Assembly: GCA_964057225.1 (NCBI GenBank)
Contig: OZ059899.1
Span: 1,984,001-2,048,000 of the forward strand
DNA length: 64,000 bases
Source: Auanema rhodensis
Lineage: Eukaryota; Animalia; Nematoda
Direction of reading: 5' to 3'
In this document: positions 54,601-64,000 of the stretch, piece after piece
How positions within the stretch are numbered: the stretch's first letter is position 1
How the letters are laid out: the number at the start of each line of letters is the position of its first letter
Translations under genes and position numbers: made by a program
Notes under the pieces: generated by a model
Databases searched by the model: none
Told to the model about the DNA's origin: nothing
The model's input: only the letters and a program-made list of their open reading frames with translations

Positions 54601-57600
54601 ATTATTTTGAAATTTTTCGAAAAAATTTTTGTCAAAATGTTTTTGGAAGCAATGTTGAGTGTACATGGAAACTCAACATACACTAATGCATCATTTTTCA
54701 AACAATCATAACTAATTTGTGTATCAAGCGTTTCTCAATGTAGTATAGTGCATTCGATGCGGATTTTTAAGCTGCGTCGATCTGTGTTATCAGATTTGCG
54801 CTAGCTTAAAAATGCACCGAGATATCAACTGATATAAGTTCACACTTATATCCTCGATTTTCACCCTGAAGAATTGATTTTTTCGTTGAATAACATTGTC
54901 CATCGTCTTTGCTTTGAAAAATGAAATCTAAAAACATCTACTTTTTGCTAAATTATTTTGAAATTTTTCGAAAAAATTTTTGTCAAAATGTTTTTGGAAG
55001 CAATGTTGAGTGTACATGGAAACTCAACATACACTAATGCATCATTTTTCAAACGATCATAACTAATTTTTGTATCAAGCGTTTCTCAACGTAGTATAGT
55101 GCATTCGATGCGGATTTTTAAGCTGCGTCGATCTGTGTTATCAGATTTGCGCTAGCTTAAAAATGCACCGAGATATCAACTGATATAAGTTCACACTTAT
55201 ATCCTCGATTTTCACCCTGAAGAATTAATTTTTTCGTTGAATAACATTGTCCATCGTCTTTGCCTTGAAAAATGGAATCTTAAAACATCTACTTTTTGCT
55301 AAATTATTTTGAAATTTTTCGAAAAAATTTTTGTCAAAATGTTTTTGGAAGCAATGTTGAGTGTACATGGAAACTCAACATACACTAATGCATCATTTTT
55401 CAAACAATCATAACTAATTTGTGTATCAAGCGTTTCTCAATGTAGTATAGTGCATTCGATGCGGATTTTTAAGCTGCGTCGATCTGTGTTATCAGATTTG
55501 CGCTAGCTTAAAAATGCACCGAGATATCAACTGATATAAGTTCACACTTATATCCTCGATTTTCACCCTGAAGAATTGATTTTTTCGTTGAATAACATTG
55601 TCCATCGTCTTTGCTTTGAAAAATGAAATCTAAAAACATCTACTTTTTGCTAAATTATTTTGAAATTTTTCGAAAAAATTTTTGTCAAAATGTTTTTGGA
55701 AGCAATGTTGAGTGTACATGGAAACTCAACATACACTAATGCATCATTTTTCAAACGATCATAACTAATTTTTGTATCAAGCGTTTCTCAACGTAGTATA
55801 GTGCATTCGATGCGGATTTTTAAGCTGCGTCGATCTGTGTTATCAGATTTGCGCTAGCTTAAAAATGCACCGAGATATCAACTGATATAAGTTCACACTT
55901 ATATCCTCGATTTTCACCCTGAAGAATTGATTTTTTCGTTGAATAACATTGTCTATCGTCTTTGCCTTGAAAAATGGAATCTAAAAACATCTACTTTTTG
56001 CTAAATTATTTTGAAATTTTTCGAAAAAATTTTTGTCAAAATGTTTTTGGAAGCAATGTTGAGTGTACATGGAAACTCAACATACACTAATGCATCATTT
56101 TTCAAACAATCATAACTAATTTGTGTATTAAGCGTTTCTCAATGTAGTATAGTGCATTCGATGCGGATTTTTAAGCTGCGTCGATCTGTGTTATCAGATT
56201 TGCGCTAGCTTAAAAATGCACCGAGATATCAACTGATATAAGTTCACACTTATATCCTCGATTTTCACCCTGAAGAATTGATTTTTTCGTTGAATAACAT
56301 TGTCTATCGTCTTTGCCTTGAAAAATAGAATCTAAAAACATCTACTTTTTGCTAAATTATTTTGAAATTTTTCGAAAAAATTTTTGTCAAAATGTTTTTG
56401 GAAGCAATGTTGAGTGTACATGGAAACTCAACATACACTAATGCATCATTTTTCAAACAATCATAACTAATTTGTGTATCAAGCGTTTCTCAATGTAGTA
56501 TAGTGCATTCGATGCGGATTTTTAAGCTGCGTCGATCTGTGTTATCAGATTTGCGCTAGCTTAAAAATGCACCGAGATATCAACTGATATAAGTTCACAC
56601 TTATATCCTCGATTTTCACCCTGAAGAATTAATTTTTTCGTTGAATAACATTGTCCATCGTCTTTGCCTTGAAAAATGGAATCTTAAAACATCTACTTTT
56701 TGCTAAATTATTTTGAAATTTTTCGAAAAAATTTTTGTCAAAATGTTTTTGGAAGCAATGTTGAGTGTACATGGAAACTCAACATACACTAATGCATCAT
56801 TTTTCAAACAATCATAACTAATTTGTGTATCAAGCGTTTCTCAATGTAGTATAGTGCATTCGATGCGGATTTTTAAGCTGCGTCGATCTGTGTTATCAGA
56901 TTTGCGCTAGCTTAAAAATGCACCGAGATATCAACTGATATAAGTTCACACTTATATCCTCGATTTTCACCCTGAAGAATTGATTTTTTCGTTGAATAAC
57001 ATTGTCCATCGTCTTTGCCTTGAAAAATGAAATCTAAAAACATCTACTTTTTGCTAAATTATTTTGAAATTTTTCGAAAAAATTTTTGTCAAAATGTTTT
57101 TGGAAGCAATGTTAAGTGTACATGGAAACTCAACATACACTAATGCATCATTTTTCAAACGATCATAACTAATTTTTGTATTGAGCGTTTCTCAATGTAG
57201 TATAGTGCATTCGATGCGGATTTTTAAGCTGCGTCGATTTGTGTTATCAGATTTGCGCTAGCTTAAAAATGCACCGAGATATCAACTGATATAAGTTCAC
57301 ACTTATATCCTCGATTTTCACCCTGAAGAATTGATTTTTTCGTTGAATAACATTGTCCATCGTCTTTGCTTTGAAAAATGAAATCTAAAAACATCTACTT
57401 TTTGCTAAATTATTTTGAAATTTTTCGAAAAAATTTTTGTCAAAATGTTTTTGGAAGCAATGTTGAGTGTACATGGAAACTCAACATACACTAATGCATC
57501 ATTTTTCAAACAATCATAACTAATTTGTGTATCAAGCGTTTCTCAATGTAGTATAGTGCATTCGATGCGGATTTTTAAGCTGCGTCGATCTGTGTTATCA

Positions 57601-60600
57601 GATTTGCGCTAGCTTAAAAATGCACCGAGATATCAACTGATATAAGTTCACACTTATATCCTCGATTTTCACCCTGAAGAATTAATTTTTTCGTTGAATA
57701 ACATTGTCCATCGTCTTTGCCTTGAAAAATGGAATCTTAAAACATCTACTTTTTGCTAAATTATTTTGAAATTTTTCGAAAAAATTTTTGTCAAAATGTT
57801 TTTGGAAGCAATGTTGAGTGTACATGGAAACTCAACATACACTAATGCATCATTTTTCAAACAATCATAACTAATTTGTGTATCAAGCGTTTCTCAATGT
57901 AGTATAGTGCATTCGATGCGGATTTTTAAGCTGCGTCGATCTGTGTTATCAGATTTGCGCTAGCTTAAAAATGCACCGAGATATCAACTGATATAAGTTC
58001 ACACTTATATCCTCGATTTTCACCCTGAAGAATTAATTTTTTCGTTGAATAACATTGTCCATCGTCTTTGCCTTGAAAAATGGAATCTTAAAACATCTAC
58101 TTTTTGCTAAATTATTTTGAAATTTTTCGAAAAAATTTTTGTCAAAATGTTTTTGGAAGCAATGTTGAGTGTACATGGAAACTCAACATACACTAATGCA
58201 TCATTTTTCAAACAATCATAACTAATTTGTGTATCAAGCGTTTCTCAATGTAGTATAGTGCATTCGATGCGGATTTTTAAGCTGCGTCGATCTGTGTTAT
58301 CAGATTTGCGCTAGCTTAAAAATGCACCGAGATATCAACTGATATAAGTTCACACTTATATCCTCGATTTTCACCCTGAAGAATTGATTTTTTCGTTGAA
58401 TAACATTGTCCATCGTCTTTGCCTTGAAAAATGAAATCTAAAAACATCTACTTTTTGCTAAATTATTTTGAAATTTTTCGAAAAAATTTTTGTCAAAATG
58501 TTTTTGGAAGCAATGTTAAGTGTACATGGAAACTCAACATACACTAATGCATCATTTTTCAAACGATCATAACTAATTTTTGTATTGAGCGTTTCTCAAT
58601 GTAGTATAGTGCATTCGATGCGGATTTTTAAGCTGCGTCGATTTGTGTTATCAGATTTGCGCTAGCTTAAAAATGCACCGAGATATCAACTGATATAAGT
58701 TCACACTTATATCCTCGATTTTCACCCTGAAGAATTGATTTTTTCGTTGAATAACATTGTCCATCGTCTTTGCTTTGAAAAATGAAATCTAAAAACATCT
58801 ACTTTTTGCTAAATTATTTTGAAATTTTTCGAAAAAATTTTTGTCAAAATGTTTTTGGAAGCAATGTTGAGTGTACATGGAAACTCAACATACACTAATG
58901 CATCATTTTTCAAACAATCATAACTAATTTGTGTATCAAGCGTTTCTCAATGTAGTATAGTGCATTCGATGCGGATTTTTAAGCTGCGTCGATCTGTGTT
59001 ATCAGATTTGCGCTAGCTTAAAAATGCACCGAGATATCAACTGATATAAGTTCACACTTATATCCTCGATTTTCACCCTGAAGAATTAATTTTTTCGTTG
59101 AATAACATTGTCCATCGTCTTTGCCTTGAAAAATGGAATCTTAAAACATCTACTTTTTGCTAAATTATTTTGAAATTTTTCGAAAAAATTTTTGTCAAAA
59201 TGTTTTTGGAAGCAATGTTGAGTGTACATGGAAACTCAACATACACTAATGCATCATTTTTCAAACAATCATAACTAATTTGTGTATCAAGCGTTTCTCA
59301 ATGTAGTATAGTGCATTCGATGCGGATTTTTAAGCTGCGTCGATCTGTGTTATCAGATTTGCGCTAGCTTAAAAATGCACCGAGATATCAACTGATATAA
59401 GTTCACACTTATATCCTCGATTTTCACCCTGAAGAATTAATTTTTTCGTTGAATAACATTGTCCATCGTCTTTGCCTTGAAAAATGGAATCTTAAAACAT
59501 CTACTTTTTGCTAAATTATTTTGAAATTTTTCGAAAAAATTTTTGTCAAAATGTTTTTGGAAGCAATGTTGAGTGTACATGGAAACTCAACATACACTAA
59601 TGCATCATTTTTCAAACAATCATAACTAATTTGTGTATCAAGCGTTTCTCAATGTAGTATAGTGCATTCGATGCGGATTTTTAAGCTGCGTCGATCTGTG
59701 TTATCAGATTTGCGCTAGCTTAAAAATGCACCGAGATATCAACTGATATAAGTTCACACTTATATCCTCGATTTTCACCCTGAAGAATTGATTTTTTCGT
59801 TGAATAACATTGTCCATCGTCTTTGCCTTGAAAAATGAAATCTAAAAACATCTACTTTTTGCTAAATTATTTTGAAATTTTTCGAAAAAATTTTTGTCAA
59901 AATGTTTTTGGAAGCAATGTTAAGTGTACATGGAAACTCAACATACACTAATGCATCATTTTTCAAACGATCATAACTAATTTTTGTATTGAGCGTTTCT
60001 CAATGTAGTATAGTGCATTCGATGCGGATTTTTAAGCTGCGTCGATTTGTGTTATCAGATTTGCGCTAGCTTAAAAATGCACCGAGATATCAACTGATAT
60101 AAGTTCACACTTATATCCTCGATTTTCACCCTGAAGAATTGATTTTTTCGTTGAATAACATTGTCCATCGTCTTTGCTTTGAAAAATGAAATCTAAAAAC
60201 ATCTACTTTTTGCTAAATTATTTTGAAATTTTTCGAAAAAATTTTTGTCAAAATGTTTTTGGAAGCAATGTTGAGTGTACATGGAAACTCAACATACACT
60301 AATGCATCATTTTTCAAACAATCATAACTAATTTGTGTATCAAGCGTTTCTCAATGTAGTATAGTGCATTCGATGCGGATTTTTAAGCTGCGTCGATCTG
60401 TGTTATCAGATTTGCGCTAGCTTAAAAATGCACCGAGATATCAACTGATATAAGTTCACACTTATATCCTCGATTTTCACCCTGAAGAATTAATTTTTTC
60501 GTTGAATAACATTGTCCATCGTCTTTGCCTTGAAAAATGGAATCTTAAAACATCTACTTTTTGCTAAATTATTTTGAAATTTTTCGAAAAAATTTTTGTC

Positions 60601-63600
60601 AAAATGTTTTTGGAAGCAATGTTGAGTGTACATGGAAACTCAACATACACTAATGCATCATTTTTCAAACAATCATAACTAATTTGTGTATCAAGCGTTT
60701 CTCAATGTAGTATAGTGCATTCGATGCGGATTTTTAAGCTGCGTCGATCTGTGTTATCAGATTTGCGCTAGCTTAAAAATGCACCGAGATATCAACTGAT
60801 ATAAGTTCACACTTATATCCTCGATTTTCACCCTGAAGAATTAATTTTTTCGTTGAATAACATTGTCCATCGTCTTTGCCTTGAAAAATGAAATCTAAAA
60901 ACATCTACTTTTTGCTAAATTATTTTGAAATTTTTCGAAAAAATTTTTGTCAAAATGTTTTTGGAAGCAATGTTAAGTGTACATGGAAACTCAACATACA
61001 CTAATGCATCATTTTTCAAACGATCATAACTAATTTTTGTATTGAGCGTTTCTCAATGTAGTATAGTGCATTCGATGCGGATTTTTAAGCTGCGTCGATT
61101 TGTGTTATCAGATTTGCGCTAGCTTAAAAATGCACCGAGATATCAACTGATATAAGTTCACACTTATATCCTCGATTTTCACCCTGAAGAATTGATTTTT
61201 TCGTTGAATAACATTGTCCATCGTCTTTGCTTTGAAAAATGAAATCTAAAAACATCTACTTTTTGCTAAATTATTTTGAAATTTTTCGAAAAAATTTTTG
61301 TCAAAATGTTTTTGGAAGCAATGTTGAGTGTACATGGAAACTCAACATACACTAATGCATCATTTTTCAAACAATCATAACTAATTTGTGTATCAAGCGT
61401 TTCTCAATGTAGTATAGTGCATTCGATGCGGATTTTTAAGCTGCGTCGATCTGTGTTATCAGATTTGCGCTAGCTTAAAAATGCACCGAGATATCAACTG
61501 ATATAAGTTCACACTTATATCCTCGATTTTCACCCTGAAGAATTAATTTTTTCGTTGAATAACATTGTCCATCGTCTTTGCCTTGAAAAATGGAATCTTA
61601 AAACATCTACTTTTTGCTAAATTATTTTGAAATTTTTCGAAAAAATTTTTGTCAAAATGTTTTTGGAAGCAATGTTGAGTGTACATGGAAACTCAACATA
61701 CACTAATGCATCATTTTTCAAACAATCATAACTAATTTGTGTATCAAGCGTTTCTCAATGTAGTATAGTGCATTCGATGCGGATTTTTAAGCTGCGTCGA
61801 TCTGTGTTATCAGATTTGCGCTAGCTTAAAAATGCACCGAGATATCAACTGATATAAGTTCACACTTATATCCTCGATTTTCACCCTGAAGAATTGATTT
61901 TTTCGTTGAATAACATTGTCCATCGTCTTTGCTTTAAAAAATGAAATCTAAAAACATCTACTTTTTGCTAAATTATTTTGAAATTTTTCGAAAAAATTTT
62001 TGTCAAAATGTTTTTGGAAGCAATGTTGAGTGTACATGGAAACTCAACATACACTAATGCATCATTTTTCAAACGATCATAACTAATTTTTGTATCAAGC
62101 GTTTCTCAACGTAGTATAGTGCATTCGATGCGGATTTTTAAGCTGCGTCGATCTGTGTTATCAGATTTGCGCTAGCTTAAAAATGCACCGAGATATCAAC
62201 TGATATAAGTTCACACTTATATCCTCGATTTTCACCCTGAAGAATTGATTTTTTCGTTGAATAACATTGTCTATCGTCTTTGCCTTGAAAAATGGAATCT
62301 AAAAACATCTACTTTTTGCTAAATTATTTTGAAATTTTTCGAAAAAATTTTTGTCAAAATGTTTTTGGAAGCAATGTTGAGTGTACATGGAAACTCAACA
62401 TACACTAATGCATCATTTTTCAAACAATCATAACTAATTTGTGTATTAAGCGTTTCTCAATGTAGTATAGTGCATTCGATGCGGATTTTTAAGCTGCGTC
62501 GATCTGTGTTATCAGATTTGCGCTAGCTTAAAAATGCACCGAGATATCAACTGATATAAGTTCACACTTATATCCTCGATTTTCACCCTGAAGAATTGAT
62601 TTTTTCGTTGAATAACATTGTCTATCGTCTTTGCCTTGAAAAATAGAATCTAAAAACATCTACTTTTTGCTAAATTATTTTGAAATTTTTCGAAAAAATT
62701 TTTGTCAAAATGTTTTTGGAAGCAATGTTGAGTGTACATGGAAACTCAACATACACTAATGCATCATTTTTCAAACAATCATAACTAATTTGTGTATCAA
62801 GCGTTTCTCAATGTAGTATAGTGCATTCGATGCGGATTTTTAAGCTGCGTCGATCTGTGTTATCAGATTTGCGCTAGCTTAAAAATGCACCGAGATATCA
62901 ACTGATATAAGTTCACACTTATATCCTCGATTTTCACCCTGAAGAATTAATTTTTTCGTTGAATAACATTGTCCATCGTCTTTGCCTTGAAAAATGGAAT
63001 CTTAAAACATCTACTTTTTGCTAAATTATTTTGAAATTTTTCGAAAAAATTTTTGTCAAAATGTTTTTGGAAGCAATGTTGAGTGTACATGGAAACTCAA
63101 CATACACTAATGCATCATTTTTCAAACAATCATAACTAATTTGTGTATCAAGCGTTTCTCAATGTAGTATAGTGCATTCGATGCGGATTTTTAAGCTGCG
63201 TCGATCTGTGTTATCAGATTTGCGCTAGCTTAAAAATGCACCGAGATATCAACTGATATAAGTTCACACTTATATCCTCGATTTTCACCCTGAAGAATTG
63301 ATTTTTTCGTTGAATAACATTGTCCATCGTCTTTGCCTTGAAAAATGAAATCTAAAAACATCTACTTTTTGCTAAATTATTTTGAAATTTTTCGAAAAAA
63401 TTTTTGTCAAAATGTTTTTGGAAGCAATGTTAAGTGTACATGGAAACTCAACATACACTAATGCATCATTTTTCAAACGATCATAACTAATTTTTGTATT
63501 GAGCGTTTCTCAATGTAGTATAGTGCATTCGATGCGGATTTTTAAGCTGCGTCGATCTGTGTTATCAGATTTGCGCTAGCTTACAAATGCACCGAGATAT

Positions 63601-64000
63601 CAACTGATATAAGTTCACACTTATATCCTCGATTTTCACCCTGAAGAATTAATTTTTTCGTTGAATAACATTGTCCATCGTCTTTGCCTTGAAAAATGAA
63701 ATCTAAAAACATTTACTTTTTGCTAAATTATTTTGAAATTTTTCGAAAAAATTTTTGTCAAAATGTTTTTGGAAGCAATGTTGAGTGTACATGGAAACTC
63801 AACATACACTAATGCATCATTTTTCAAACAATCATAACTAATTTGTGTATCAAGCGTGTCTCAATGTAGTATAGTGCATTCGATGCGGATTTTTAAGCTG
63901 CGTCGATCTGTGTTATCAGATTTGCGCTAGCTTAAAAATGCACCGAGATATCAACTGATATAAGTTCACACTTATATCCTCGATTTTCACCCTGAAGAAT
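45632..64000 (+). repeat. Copy 2 of large intra-array segmental duplication (M131-M183)
   Basis: Colinear with M8-M53 except for local copy-number changes. The offset is 43174 bp at M8/M131, 42121 bp at M28/M148 and 45631 bp at M47/M177. Confidence 0.88.
56863..61776 (+). repeat. Local 4-mer higher-order repeat (1404 bp): two full units, then two 3-mer derivatives
   Basis: The unit [GTTAAG/ATTGAG][GATTTG+GCTTT][ATCTTA][ATCTTA] starts at 56863 and 58267. Shortened units start at 59671 and 60724. Confidence 0.87.

Larger units (their letters stand above)
1..64000. repeat. Tandem satellite DNA array, 351-bp monomer, about 182.3 copies, single orientation, extends beyond both window edges
   Basis: ATGCGGATTTTTAAGCTGCG recurs at 1, 352, 703, 1054 ... 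63181 (=1+180x351), 63532 and 63883. No non-satellite sequence or inversion seen. Copies differ by a few substitutions. Confidence 0.99.

Noticed and set aside
1-64000. CRISPR array, or rRNA (5S), tRNA or snRNA tandem gene cluster
   Set aside because: There are no unique spacers and the whole unit repeats. I recognise no 5S, tRNA, snRNA or spliced-leader sequence in the monomer.
1-64000. Orientation switches or transposon insertions within the array
   Set aside because: None seen. Monomer phase can be tracked continuously from start to end using only the seven small indels.

Overview
The whole 64 kb window is one uninterrupted head-to-tail tandem satellite array. The monomer is 351 bp (about 32% GC by hand count of monomer 1), with 182 complete copies plus a 118-bp partial, all in the same orientation and differing at only a few positions each. 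I see no genes, transposon insertions or unique sequence. The single 70-aa ORF is a by-product of one mutated monomer. Below, Mn means monomer n, with M1 starting at position 1. The structure worth noting is at three scales. (1) Within the monomer: five nested or adjacent inverted repeats cover much of the unit. (2) At 0.7-5.6 kb: local higher-order repeats (2-, 4-, 6-, 13-, 14- and 16-monomer periods) are readable from diagnostic variants. (3) At about 42-46 kb: a super-duplication (2.5-18.4 kb matches 45.6-64 kb), with an island of more divergent monomers at 35.1-41.4 kb between the copies. Size, AT-richness and lack of CpG depletion suggest a eukaryotic, plausibly invertebrate, heterochromatic or (peri)centromeric satellite. 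I cannot assign the species or family from sequence alone.
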